A stretch of 64,000 nt of DNA from Octopus sinensis. Taxonomy: Eukaryota. Position numbers and translations under genes: made by a program. This document shows positions 26,455 to 39,652 of this stretch, one piece after another (the stretch's first letter is position 1; every line of letters starts with the position of its first letter). The stretch spans positions 32,401-96,400 of the forward strand of contig NW_021832860.1 in assembly GCF_006345805.1 (NCBI RefSeq), given 5' to 3'. Under the pieces are notes generated by a model, which made no database searches, was not told where the DNA came from, and saw only the letters and a list, made by a program, of their open reading frames with translations.

Positions 26455-26818
26455 AAAGAAGAAGAAGAAGAAGAAAAGAGAAAGAAGAGAAGAAGAAGAA
26501 GAAGAAAAGAAGAAGAAGAAGAAGAAGAAAAGAAGAAGAAGAAGAAGAAGAAGAGAAGAAGAAGAGAAGAAGAAGAAGAAGAAGAAGAAGAAGAAGAAAG
26601 AAGAAGAAGAAGAAGAAGAAGAAGAAGAAGAAGAAGAAGAAGAAGAAGAAGAAGAAGAAGAAGAAAAAAGAAGAAGAAGAAGAAGAAGAAGAAGAGAAGA
26701 AGAAGAAGAGAGAAAAGAAGAAGAAGAAGAAGAAGAAGAAGAAGAAGAAGAAGAAGAAGAAGAAGAAAAGAAGACGAAGAGAAAGAAAGAAGAAGAAAAG
26801 AAGAAGAAGAAGAAGAAG
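26455..26818 (+). repeat. ~360 bp (GAA)n-based polypurine tract
   Basis: Almost uninterrupted purines. Confidence 0.95.
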
Positions 26819-27565
26819 CGGTTATTTCGGTGATAATGAAGCAAAAATCCCTTTAATGATGGTTTCCTATTTTCATATCAGAAAAATTTTCTTAACCTTG
26901 TCTTGGAATTAAGATAAATCTAGAATTAGTTATTCTTAATAATTCTGTAATAATTACATTTAAGATGCAAATTTACTAATTCTTAAAATAGATTCAAGAT
27001 AATTTAAAGTGCTAATGTTTCGAATAAAAATATGTTCATCCATCGAATGAATTTCAGCGTGCATAAGACCCTCAAGTTATATTTGTAGTGTTTTTAAAAG
27101 GATGTATAAATTTGAATACGAGTGTACATGGACTTCCCAGAAACACGGATTATTTATCATTGTGATTTTTTCATCACATCCATAAATTAATTCTAAATGC
27201 ATAATAAAATATAATTCGGTACGGAGAATTAGCGTTGAAAGGGCAATAACTCTTGAACGCTAGTGAAAATAGATATACAAAAGTTATTTCCCTTGATAAT
27301 TTGGTGGTTTCGTTTAAATCAGATTTGTTTGTGTAAAGCACGATCAGGTTCGATTTTTATACCTGTGAACCAGCCATATGATACTGATTCTGCGGAATAC
27401 TCAGTCACTAAAGCGTTCACACGTTGATGGAATGATATCATCAGTTTTTAAGTTACAATTTTATTACAGGTGAAAAGAAAAAGACAGAAAGAAAACAGGA
27501 AAATGTGAATCACGATTAAAAGGAAATAGCTAAGATTAGCAAAGATTGTTGTTGTTGTTGTTATT

Positions 27566-27755
27566 GATGAGCTGGAAGAATCGTTAGCAATATATCGGCC
27601 GTCTTTGCGTTCTGAGTTCAATTTCCGCCTAGGTCGAGTTTGCCTTTCTTCATTTCGGGATCGATAAATTAAGTACCAGTGAAACACTGCAGTGGATGTA
27701 ATCCACGGGTTCCCCTCCCCACAAAATGTCTGGTCTTGTGCCATTAGTAGAAAGG

Positions 27756-27813
<58 letters not shown>

Positions 27814-27920
27814 TTGTTGCTGTTGTTCTTCTTCTTTTGTAGTTGTTGTTGTTCTTGATGCTGTTGTCGTTATTATTATTACTCTTATTGTTATTATTAT
27901 TACTATTATCATCATCATCA

Positions 27921-27967
<47 letters not shown>

Positions 27968-28700
27968 TTACTATTAAAGGCGGTGAGCTGGCTGAATCGT
28001 TAGCACGCCGGGCGAAATGCTTAGCGGTATTTCGTCTGCCGCTACGTCCTGAGCTCAAATTCCGCCGAGGTCGACTTTGCCTTTCATCCTTTCGGGGTCG
28101 ATAAATTAAGTATCAGTTACACACTGTGGTCGATGTAATCGACTAATCCGTTTGTCTGTCCTTGTTTGTCCTCTCTGTGTTTAGCCCCTTGTGGGTAGTA
28201 AAGAAATAGGTATTTCCCCACTTATTCCGTTCTAAGTTCAAATTCCGCCGACATTTACTTAGCTTTTCATACTTTCAGGGGTCGATAAAATATATATCAG
28301 TCGAACACTGGGGTCGATGTAATCGACTCATCCCCTTCTCTAGAAATGCTGATTTGTGGAGGAAATGCTTAACGGTTTTTCGCCCGTCACTACATTTTGC
28401 GTTCAAATTCCGCCGAGGTCGATTTTCTCTTTCATCCTTTCGGGGTCAATTAATTAAGTACCTGTTGCGTACTAGGGTCGATATAATCGACTTAATTCGT
28501 GTGTCTTTCCAAACAAGGACAGACAAACGGATTAAGTCGATTGCATCCACTCCAGTGCGTAACTGGTACTTATTTATCGACCCCGAAAGTATGAAAGGCA
28601 AAGTCGACCTCGGCAGAATTTTAACTCAGAACGTAGCGGCAAACGAAATACGACTACGCATTTCGCCCGGCGTGCTAACGATTCTGCCAGCTCGTCGCCT
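27566..28700. mobile_element. cluster of SINE family A copies including an inverted pair
   Basis: Plus-strand copies at ~27566, 27978, 28225 and 28363; minus-strand copy ~28510-28700. Confidence 0.8.
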
Positions 28701-29149
28701 GAATTGATTAGAAGTAATGAGTCAATGAGCAGTGAGAATCGTTAGCTACACTGGTCGCAATGCTTGGCTGCATTTATTCCAGCTTTTCTTTCTGAGATCA
28801 AATGCCTCCGAGGTCACCTTTTCTTTCATTCTTTCGTAGCCCATAAAATGAGTATAAATTACAATCTTAGCCCCTCGCCTTAAAAACAGGTTGCTTTGTG
28901 CTATATTTAGAAAAAATGACAAATATTAAATTATATAATATTAAGTCATATAATAATGACAAATATTAAACTAAAATTTAGATCAATATACAAATTCATT
29001 GATACTGGTTTCAAATTTTCGAGGTGAGGTGTAAGACAATTACATCAACCCCGGCTTTCAACTGGTACTTCTTTTATCGACTCCAAAAGGATGAAAGGCA
29101 AAGTCGACCTTGGCGTAATAAATTCATTGATCGTAAATAGTCTTCTGAT

Positions 29150-29345
29150 ATATGCATGACATGGAGTATATTGGCTTGCTATGAGAAACGATAAGTGTAC
29201 ATTTAAATAAGAAACGTTATGAATTTGTTCTATGAAAATGCAGACAGTGTAATTTCGGTTAAACGTTCATTAAATTACAGATTTAAAGTAATATATGGTG
29301 TGAGACAAAGGTATATTATATCACGTAGCCTATTAAGTGTTTCGC
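29150..29345 (+). pseudogene. decayed LINE (RTE-like) reverse transcriptase fragment
   Basis: LFYENADSVISV...RFKVIYGVRQRYIISRSLL resembles F....GVRQG.ILSP.LF. Confidence 0.55.
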
Positions 29346-29633
29346 TCGGTATGCTAACGTTTCGGCCAGTTTGCCGCCTTTCCCTTGCCTCGTTTCCTTG
29401 CCTGGGAGAAAATGTTTAGCGGCATTTTTGCGACTGTTATGTGTGTGTAAGTATGAATGCATGTGTATAAGTATATATATATATATGTGGGGGGGGGTAT
29501 ATGTGTGTGTGGTGTGTGTTTTGTGGTGGTGTGTATATATATACATGTATGTATAATATATATATATATCTATATATATACATAACTATATCTACATATA
29601 TACATATATATCATAACTTATACTATATGTATA

Positions 29634-29666
<33 letters not shown>

Positions 29667-29698
29667 TACGCGATAAAGAAGCAACAGAATGATACGGT

Positions 29699-29792
29699 TT
29701 TTAGTACAATCGTTTCATCATACAAGGAACCGCTTATTAAAAGTTGCAAAAAAATTACAGCAATAAACGTGTCCCGTACTCATCAGCTAAAA
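29699..29792 (-). ncRNA. type I hammerhead ribozyme with extended stem II
   Basis: Minus strand ttttag CTGATGA gtacgggacacgtttatt...aataagcggttccttgtatgat GAAA cgattg TA ctaaaa; GUA site. Confidence 0.75.
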
Positions 29793-30435
29793 TACCGATG
29801 TGATTCTCTAGACATCCTAGTGGTTGAGGTTATACTCATGAAGTATGTAGATAATTAAGTCCATACCACAAGATTCAAAGTTCATTAAAGTTCTTTAAAA
29901 TATGTACAGTCTTTATCACATAATTTACAAAAAGTTTTAATAGCATCACAGAGAAGGTGACCTAACCTAGTGCACATATGAATTTCCAGAGATATGAGGA
30001 GGGATTACATACTCACAGACGACAAATTTATCCATTGTTAATCACACAAGACGAGGTGGGTCTCAATTCCTACATTAGCATTACCGAGAGGGTGCATTTA
30101 ATTCACTTTGTATAATCAAAGGATTAATTCACCCTCTCTGTAATGCTAATAAGCAGGAATTGAGACCCACCTCGTTGTGATTAACATGGATAAATTTGTC
30201 GTCTGTGAGTATGTAATCCCTCCTCATATCTCTGGAAATTCATATGTGCACTATGGTTATGTCACCTTCTCTGTGGATGCTAATTACAACTTTTTGTTTA
30301 AAATTCTGTTGAAATACTGTACATCATCTTTAAAGAACTTTAATGAACTTTGGAAATTGTTTATGTTACTTAATTATCTACATTACTTCATGAGTATAGC
30401 CTCAACCCTAGGATGTCTAGAGAAACTCACATGTA

Positions 30436-30528
30436 TTTTAGCTGATGAGTACGGGACACGTTATATACTGCTGTAATTTTGCAACTTTTAATAAGGCCTG
30501 TCCTTGTATGAAAACGATTGTACTAAAA
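30436..30528 (+). ncRNA. type I hammerhead ribozyme, other arm of E4
   Basis: ttttag CTGATGA gtacgggaca...tgtccttgtat GAAA a cgattg TA ctaaaa. Confidence 0.7.
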
Positions 30529-30702
30529 ACCTATCCATTCTGGTTGTTGCTTTTCTTTCTCGCTTATAATCACCCCACATTACTGTATTGTTAAAAAACA
30601 GTATAGTTTTTTTTTTTGCTGCATCTAAGTTAGGTTACCATATTCAAGTAAATTCATTTAAATTAACTTGAATCTTTATTGCTTTTTGTATATATAATAT
30701 AT

Positions 30703-30746
<44 letters not shown>

Positions 30747-31557
30747 CCTATATACAACTACATACATACATACATATATATATACATATACGTGGTGTGT
30801 GTGTATTCATACATATATGGATCAAGACAGTTTGATTCAAAATCGTTGGTACTCCGAGTTTCAAGAGTGATGGTAATTTGAATTAGAGAAATTGATTGTT
30901 ATTAGCGGAAGATAAGCTGCGATTGGTCAAGGATGGTCATTCGGTGTCGTGGTTTCATGTTGATATACCAGCGGCAACACTTACTTGGAAAATACCACTC
31001 GGAGAAGAGGAAATCGACTACATGGTGGACAAGAAATTGACCGCGTGGTGGACGGGAAATCGGTGGCGTTGTTGAAGGGTAAGTTAGAAGTCGTGGTGTG
31101 TGTGTGCAATTATAGAGATGTATATGTGAATGTGTGGAGGCGCTCCTATGTTTTCATACGAGCAAGCGCATGTGTACATGAGCCCTCACGCCTCCCCCGC
31201 AAACAAATAAACGAACATGCCCGCGAGCGCTGATACACATACATGTGTACACACATACACACATGTATAGACATGCGTGCACGCGCACACATACACATGC
31301 ATGTTCGTATTCATTCATATGTACATATGTATATATACATGCATGCATGTACGCGTGCATATTTGTGTGCGCGTGTATGCATGAGTACACAAGCGCATAA
31401 TAAACGCTGGGGATTGGTAATTAGTGGCCCTGCTCATGGGGTCGCTTGGTGACGGTGACCTTGGTGCAGGTGGTGCAGGGTCACAGCAGGTACTAAGGTG
31501 GTATATCTGGTTTGTCGGCGGTGAGATGCTCGAAATTTACCAGAAGGGCATATCTCT

Positions 31558-31789
31558 CTTTTACTCTTTTACTTGTTTCAGTCATTTGACTGCGGCCATG
31601 CTGGAGCACCGCCTTTAGTCGAGCAAATCGACCCCAGGACTTATTCTTTGTAAGCCTAGCATTTATTCTATCGGTCTATTTTGTCGAACCATTAAGTTAC
31701 GGGGAAGTAAACACATCAGCATCGGTTGTCAAGTGATGTTGGGGGCGGGGGGCAAACATAGACACACAAACATACACACACACACACAT

Positions 31790-31830
<41 letters not shown>

Positions 31831-31860
31831 CATATCTCCCTCTCTCTCTCTCTCTCTCTC

Positions 31861-31903
<43 letters not shown>

Positions 31904-33427
31904 ATATATATATAGATATATATATACATACATACATATATACGACTGGTTTCTTTCAGTTTTCGTCTGCCAAATCCACTCACAAGGCTTTGGTCGGCCC
32001 GAGGCTATAGTAGAAGACACTTGCTCAAGGTGCCACGCAGTGGGACTGAACCCGGAACCATGTGGTTCGTAAGCAACCTACTTACCACACAGCCAATCCT
32101 ACGCAGCAATAACCTTAACATAAAAAATATTTTCTGTATTAAATTCCATGCATTTCTTAAATATGTGACCAGCCTTATGAATAGTCATTGCGTTCTGCTT
32201 TATTCTGTTCTTTATGACAAATATTTTCAATACCTATTTCTTTACAACCCACAAGGGGCTAAATACAGTGGGGACAAACAAGGACATACAAACGAATTAA
32301 GTCGATTACATCGACCCAGTGCGTATCTGGTACTTAATTGATCGACCCCAAAAGGATGAAAGGCAAACTCGACCTCGGCGGAGTTTGAACTCAGAATGTA
32401 ACGACAGAAAATACGGCTACGCATTTCGCCCGATTCCGACGTTGATGATTCCATCATTATAATTGTTTTTTTTTAATTCTCTGTTTATTATTTGCAGCAT
32501 AGTTAGCGCAGGCTTGGATGTGCAGTAAGGAATCTGCTTTTCAAACACGTGGTTCCGGATTCAGTCCCAATGCGTGGCACCTTGAGCAATTTTTTTCTGC
32601 TATAGCCTCAGGCCAACCAAATCCTTGTGGGTGGATTTTGTAGACAGAAACTGAAAAATGCTGTGTGTCATTGTGTGTGCGTTGGTTCTACATCACAGCT
32701 TGACAACCGGTGATGGTTTGCTTACGTTACCGTAACTTAGCAGTTCGGCAGAAGATACCGGTACAGCCTGTTACTTATTAAGTAAGAGGCTTTAAAAAGA
32801 GTTTGTACTGGGGTTCGTTCGACTAGGAATCTTCAAGGTGGTTTACCAGCATGGCTGCCAAATGACTGAACCAAGTAGAAGATAACAGACAAAATATTGA
32901 ATGTCAACAATTAGTCCTGCCTCTTGAGGTTCCATGCCAAGTTCCTCCCAGAGGCACTCCATATTTACGACTTTCCTTTATATGGTAAGAGTAGACTCAA
33001 AGCTTCACCTTTTTCTTTCTTTTTCTGTGTAACACAATAAGTTATCTGCAGCTCTTTATAGCATTCATTTTGAAAGAGAACATAGGTTGAAGCACCCTCT
33101 ACGTCGAGCAGTATCAGAGGCGTTGCTATGACAACAGCTAACAATGAATGGCACCAAACGAAATCCAGTGACGTCATTCCTACCAGTCAACGATTTCTGA
33201 ATTTATTTATTTTTGGAATGTATTTTTCCCTTTTTTTTATTTGTTTCAGTCATTTGACTGCGGCCATGCTGGTGCACCGCCTTTAATCGAGCAACTCGAC
33301 CCCGGGACTTATTCTTTGTAAGTCCAGTACTTATTCTATCAGTCTTTTGCCGAACCGCTAAGTGACGGGGACATAAACACACCAGCATCGGTTGTCAAGC
33401 AATGCTAGGGGAACAAACACAGACACA

Positions 33428-33489
<62 letters not shown>

Positions 33490-34112
33490 CACACATATAT
33501 ATACGATGGGCTTCTTTCAGTTTCCGCCTACCAAATCCACTCACAAGGCTTTGGTCGGCCCGAGGCTATAGTAGAAGACACTTGCCCAAGGTGCCACGCA
33601 GTGGGAATGAACCCGGAACCATGTGATTGGTAAGCAAGCTACTTACCACACAGCCACTCCTCCTATCTTATCCGAAAAACATACAAAAATTCGAAATTGA
33701 TAGATTGCTTTAGATTAAAGGGCCCTCTACACGAAAACGATAATGTATCCCGTGAAAATTTCCTCTGATTCATAACACAGCTACACCAATTTTCAGACAA
33801 ACTAAAATTCATAATAAATATGTCGGCTACACGAGAATTGGTATATGGGAGATAACTCTTCAAAACTTACAAAGAGTTACTTCCCATGAAACTTTTTTAC
33901 GTATGTATTTTAGCCTTTTATTATTTTATTGGTTTCAGTCATTTGACTGCAGCCATGATGGAGCACCACCTTTAGTCGAACAAATCAACCCCAGGATTTA
34001 TTCTTTGTAAGCGTGGTACTTATTCTATCGGTCTGTCTTTTGCTGAACCGCTAAGTTACCGGAACCATGTGGTTGGGAAGCAGGTTCCTTACCACACAAC
34101 CACATCTGCGCC
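31558..34112. mobile_element. SINE cluster: family B at ~31558-32100(-), 32506-32885(+), 33237-33663(-), 33925-34112(-); family A at ~32235-32432(-)
   Basis: Diagnostic family motifs in each copy. Confidence 0.8.
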
Positions 34113-34127
34113 TGTACACAGCTACGT

Positions 34128-34499
34128 ATTTTTACCTCCGCCTTGGTGAAGGCGAAGGTATTGTTTCAGTTGCGCTTGTTCGTTTGTTCGTGGACAAGAT
34201 ATCACAAGAACCGCTCGATGGATTGGGATGAAGTTTTCAGAGATGTTTGGCCTCAAGACTGGCACGAACTGATTAGATTTTGGGATCGATCCGGTACAAG
34301 ACAAGAATTCTGGATTATTTTTTCCTGTTCTTTTATTTAATTCTTAAGAGCAGTCGGGTTCATTTTTAGTATTCTCTTTTGTGAGAACAGTCGAGTTTAT
34401 TTCAGATATTCTCATTTTAAAAATCATCTCCGGTTAATCGTTGATGAGAACGTTGGTACTGCCTTGGCGTACGTTTGCGCTCTCTGAGTGTTCTTGTTT
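34128..34499 (+). mobile_element. Helentron-associated non-autonomous element (HINE/DINE-like)
   Basis: Begins tttttacctccgccttggtgaaggcgaaggta (hairpin), then a gtttgttcg repeat; ends ccttggcgtacgtttgcgctctctgagtgttcttgttt in T-rich sites. Confidence 0.65.
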
Positions 34500-34789
34500 T
34501 TATATTGCTATATAGTTTGTTTTATATTGCTTTATATATGTATATTATTTACTTCATCCAGTCATTACACTGTAGCCATGCTGTGGCACTGCCTTGAAGA
34601 GAATAATCAAACAAACCAGACACATTACTTATCTTTTAAAACCTGGTATTTATGCTGTCTGACTATTCTACAGATCTACGACGTCACGGTGGCATAACCA
34701 AACCAACACCGATGACTGGCACTTATTTTATCGATCTTGAAAGGATGAGAGGCAAAGTCGATCTCAGAGGAATTTGAGTTCCCGAGGAA

Positions 34790-35393
34790 GCAATGTGCAT
34801 GATAACACTTCCAATCAATTAAGGGCAACAGCCATGAGAGCTACTACCCGGTACTGCATGCCATCAAAGTGACACTGGGGTAAAATATACGAAGCCCAGT
34901 ATACCCATCATGACTACCCGTCTGATAAGAGTACACCAGGCACATGCATCACAACCATATGTGCATGACATGGCGATCTCATATCAAGATAAACAGCGCA
35001 TGACTTTGCAGGTGGGGCCCAGTTAGAATTTTCTTCTGGTCAAATAGCCCATCTCGCTCAAAAGTTCCCTGAATAAGGGTTAATTAAGGATGTTGAACGA
35101 AACACCCATGTTTCCAGAGGTGAATTATTCAAACCCCAAATGATCCCTCTCAACACATGGCTATCATGTTCCCCCACTACTTCTGCTCGTGTCAGAGATG
35201 CACATATCATCAGCCGCTAGGGGACATGCTCAACTGGTTAAGGTCAAACAACTGACAAGCAAATCTGTGGTATTGAGCAGAATATTTGCTGTAGCCCATC
35301 TTTTATACCAAGACAAAACAATGTACATGATAACACTTCCAATCAGTTAAGTTTAGAAGCCATGAGAGCCACTGACTGGTACTGCCTCAGGGC
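34790..35393 (-). mobile_element. family D repeat plus head-to-tail partial copy
   Basis: 34855-35393 is homologous to 58965-59521; 34790-34859 is a diverged copy of 35320-35388. Confidence 0.85.
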
Positions 35394-35407
35394 ATTTATT
35401 ATTATTA

Positions 35408-35473
<66 letters not shown>

Positions 35474-35474
35474 G

Positions 35475-36900
35475 TTGATGAAAAACTCACAGCTTATTTT
35501 ACTGGGTATGGTGGAAAGTGTCAGCTGTCCACAGTCAGCAGACTAAGGTGACACTTGTTTACTGGTGATGCTTTAATAACCCAGTGAAGGATTCTTGCAC
35601 TTCCAAACAATGTTAACTTTTATAGATGTTCTACTTTTACATTTGTATCATTCTTTTTCATAATAATGATAGATTTTTTATAGATTCCTGAATCCTATCA
35701 TTATTTTTCTTGTTTCCCTGTCTATTTTGATTAGTTCATTTAATGTCCAGTAAAGGATATTGTAGCTGTAACTTAAAACTGGAACGTCTAAAGTGTTGTC
35801 ACCTATTATCTTGTTTTTAGCATTGAGCTCTGTTTTTAATATTGATCTAACTCGTCTATAGTATTCTTTATTATTTTCTCTTTCATTTGTGTGTGTTGTA
35901 TCGTATCTAGTTCATGATTCCGAAATATTTGTATATCCGGCTTTGGTTTAATTCTCTTATTTCATTTGCTTTATCTAGTGTGATGTTGCTACTCTTAACT
36001 AGTTTTCCTCTTTTCAAGGTTGCTTTGGCATATTTTTCTAAACCAAATTTCTTATTTATTTCTTTGGAAAATCTCTGTAGTAATGTTTCCAGCTGTTTAT
36101 CATTTGTAGTGTACAGTTTTAGGTCATCCATATATAAGAGGTGGCTGATTGTTTTGCCGTAACCATTGTATTCGCATCCAGTTCTGTTTAGCATATCAGA
36201 TAAAGGTGTCAATGCCAAGCAGAAAAGGAGTGGAGAGAGAGTGTCTCCCTAGAATATTCCTCTTCTAATGGAAATGCCTTTGGTTTTTATGAGTCCCTCT
36301 TTTGTTTGGAGCTGTAGCATTGTCTGCCATTTATTCATAGAGTGTTGTATATATTTTCTGGTTATTGGTGCTACCTTGTTCATGGCTAGTGCTTCTAGGA
36401 CCCATGTGTGGGGAATACTATCAAAAGCCTTTCGGTAATCAAACCAGGCCATAGTTAGACCTTTCTTCTTTCTGCGGCTGTCTTCGGTTATGGCTCTATT
36501 GATCATTACTTGATCTTTACAGCCGTATCAGCCCTTGCAGCATCCCTTCTGCTTTTCTGGAAACGGGTTGTTTTCTTCCAGATGCTTGCTCGTCCTCTGC
36601 GATATTATTGCAGTAAAGGCTTTGTAAATTGTAGGGAAACAAGTAATTGGTCTGTACTTTGTGGGTTTGCCGTTTCAGTGGATATGGAAATTAGGATAGT
36701 TTTCCCTTTCGTGAGCCATTCAGGCATTATCTCTGGCTCTGATAGTATGTCGTTAAAGTTTCCAGCCAGTTTTTTGTGTATTTCAGTCAGATATTTTAAC
36801 CAGCAGTTGGGGATCTTGTCGTGCCCAGGTGCCTTCCAGTTGCTTAGTTTTTGCAGTGTCTGGGTGACCTCTTCCGTTGTTATAGGGGTTTAGAATTGTT
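35475..36900 (-). mobile_element. Dong/R4-like LINE, decayed RT region plus 3' end
   Basis: NWKAPGHDKIP, MAWFDYRKAFDSIPH, IRRGIF, SHLLYMDDLKLY, FGLEK, YKYFG; 3' UTR shared with ~25390-25470. Confidence 0.9.
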
Positions 36901-36949
36901 CATTTGCTAAGTTCGTTGTTTTAATAGTCCTTTTCTGAGGTTGTTCCTT

Positions 36950-38395
36950 CGCTACAACAACCGCTCATATGTTGATGGTAGTTACAAGGATCCTTGATTT
37001 GAGTTTTGATTTAAAGAGCAGTTTAAGGCGCTTGAAATATGCAGAGATGACCTTGTCTTTCATTTATTTATGCATAACACTGTCCAGCTCCAGGATCCCA
37101 AGGTACTTGTACTCATCATCATCCGGGTCTTCCATTCTCTCTCAGTTTGGCAATTCTATGCCTCTACAATTTACTCTTTTCTCCCGCTTCAAAGTAAGCA
37201 CCGCACGCTTCGAGATACTGAATTACACCCCTAAATCTTTGCAGCACATTTGCACAGTCTCACCCAACATCTCAATTTCAGGCTCTGCTTTTGCAAACAG
37301 TTTTAAATCACCCACAAAGAGAAGGTAGTTGAGACAAAGTCCATTCTTTCTCAGCTCAGTACGCGTCGACTTTGCGTAGGACTACAGAAAATGAGATCAA
37401 GACTATAACAAATAACAGAGGTGAACAAGAGTCTCCTTGGAAGATAATTCGTTTGATTGTTGCCTTGGCTAAATGCTAGTTGTCGCAGGAAATACGTGTT
37501 TTCTAACTAGGCATGCAGTTCTTAACCAGTGCACACACGGTCTCAGCTATTCCACACATGTCGAATGTTTCCAAAATCCACGAATGCGGCAACGTGTTGT
37601 AAGCCGTTTTAAAATCTATCCAGGCCATGCATAGGATTTTTGGTACCGTCTACAGTTCTTCATTATAACCTTTTCTATCACAAGGTGGTCCTTGGTGCCC
37701 TTGGATACTTTCCGGCATCGTTTGTTCTACTAGCAGTAGATTGTTTTGGGCAAGGAACGTATATATTTTCCCTGAGAGGATACTTGTTAATACTTTCTAT
37801 AGGAGGTTAAGACAAGCAATGAGTCGATAACTGCCAACCTCATTGCCCTTTGACAGATCTTTCATTAACAATATTGCTTTTCCCTCTGCCATCCGCTCCG
37901 GAACTGCGCCGCTCTGTAAGCAATTGTCTAATTGCAACACAGTTTTCTTGTGTGTTGACCTAAACCACTTGAGCCAGTAGCCTCGAATTCCGTCTGATCC
38001 TGCAGCTTTCCAGTTTGGCAGTTTTGATACCTATGCAATGACATCTTCCGTTGTTATTCGCACATGGTCCTGTTATGGAGCCTCCGGGTGACTGATTATG
38101 GATCTCACAGAATGAATCAACTCAGCACCGTGGTTGTGGGAAACTTCTACCCTCTCCCCGATATTATTCCAAAATTAGTGGATCTATCTTGCCTCAAGAG
38201 TTGTATATATTCTGTATTTCCCGCTAGGCCCTTCAAAAACTGCCTCTGGTTATTTGAGAATAACCGGTTTTGCTGGAATTGCGATATGCGATCAGTGTAG
38301 CACAGCACCTTTAATGAACTTTCCCGCACAAGCTGTTTTACGATTACAGCTTTGGACCCTTTCTTTTCTATTTGGTACTTCATGAACCCTTTTTT
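36950..38395 (-). mobile_element. second, more diverged Dong/R4-like LINE RT fragment
   Basis: NWKAAGSDGIRGYWLK, YRLIACLNLL, MAWIDFKTAYNTLPH, IIFQGDSCSPLLF, LLFVGDLKLF, YKYLG; ends at a TAA tract. Confidence 0.85.
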
Positions 38396-38404
38396 CCTGT
38401 TTTT

Positions 38405-38451
<47 letters not shown>

Positions 38452-38867
38452 GAGTGAGAGAGGAGTGCATGCCATCAAAGTGACCCTGGGGTAAAATATA
38501 CGAAGCCCAGTATACCCATCATGACTATCCGTCTGATAAGGATATGCCAGGCACATGCATCACAACCATATGCGCGCGACACGGTGATCTCAAGATAAAA
38601 ACAGCACATGACCTTGCAGATGGGGCCCAGCTAGAATTTTCTTCAGGTCGAGTAGCCCATCCCGCTCATGGATGCACATATCATGAGACAGCGAAGGACA
38701 TCCTCAACTAGTTACGGTCAAGCAACTGGCAAGTAAATCTGTGGTATTGAGCAGAATATTTGCTGTAGCCCATCTTTTATACCAAGACAAAACAATGTAC
38801 ATGATAACACTTCCAATCAGTCAAGATCAGAAGCCATGAGAGCCACTGCCTGGTACTGCATCAGGGC
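38452..38867 (-). mobile_element. family D repeat with internal deletion, flanked by TAA tracts
   Basis: Both termini match 58965-59521. Confidence 0.85.
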
Positions 38868-39404
38868 ATTTATTATTATTATTATTATTATCATTATTAT
38901 TATTATTATTGTTATTATTGTTATTGTTGTTATTATTGTTATTGTTGTTGTTGTTGTTATTATTATTATTATTATTACAACAACTGTCTGTTACATACTT
39001 TCCAATTTAGTTCGCAACTCACCCTTCTCACTCACCCTAAGTATGTATGTATGTATGTATGTATGTATGTATGTATGTATGTATGTATGTATGTATGTAT
39101 GTATGTATGTATGTATGTATGTATGTATGTATGTATGTATGTATGTTGGTACAAAAACAAATACATATATTCCTCGAAATTTTCGTTTTCAAGACATTAA
39201 TCTACCAATTTTGAAAATATGAATTTTCTTCATTTAAAAGAATTAACTTGTTATATGATTGGAAAAAGGTTTGGATCTCTTCTCTCTTTACATTTCTCTT
39301 TTTCTCATTCTATCTCTCTTTTCATTTGTCTTTCTTAGTATGTACAATTGTACGTCTATATACTTGTAGAAAGGCACATATATGTATACATGCCTATATG
39401 TATG

Positions 39405-39438
<34 letters not shown>

Positions 39439-39652
39439 TGTATGTATGTATGTATGTATGTATGTACGTATGTATGTATGTATGCGTGTGTGCGTTCGTG
39501 CATGTATGTGTGTATGTATGTACGTACGTATGTATGTAATCCGGATATTGAAGTTAGAGGTTTCGAAGTAGTTGTCTATAATTATCTCCTTTCTTTTTGA
39601 TTTTCAAAGAGATATTCACATCAGCAGGGCAGCTAGAATCTATGACAGTACA

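Larger units (their letters stand above)
29668..30570. mobile_element. ~900 bp imperfect palindrome carrying two hammerheads (unit E4)
   Basis: Arms ~29668-30110 and ~30117-30570, centre ctttg tataat caaag; left end abuts (TA)n. Confidence 0.75.

Noticed and set aside
31410-31550. GC-richer island with TGACCT, CAGGTG and TAATTA motifs (exon or enhancer?)
   Set aside because: Short motifs are expected by chance; no splice or homology support.
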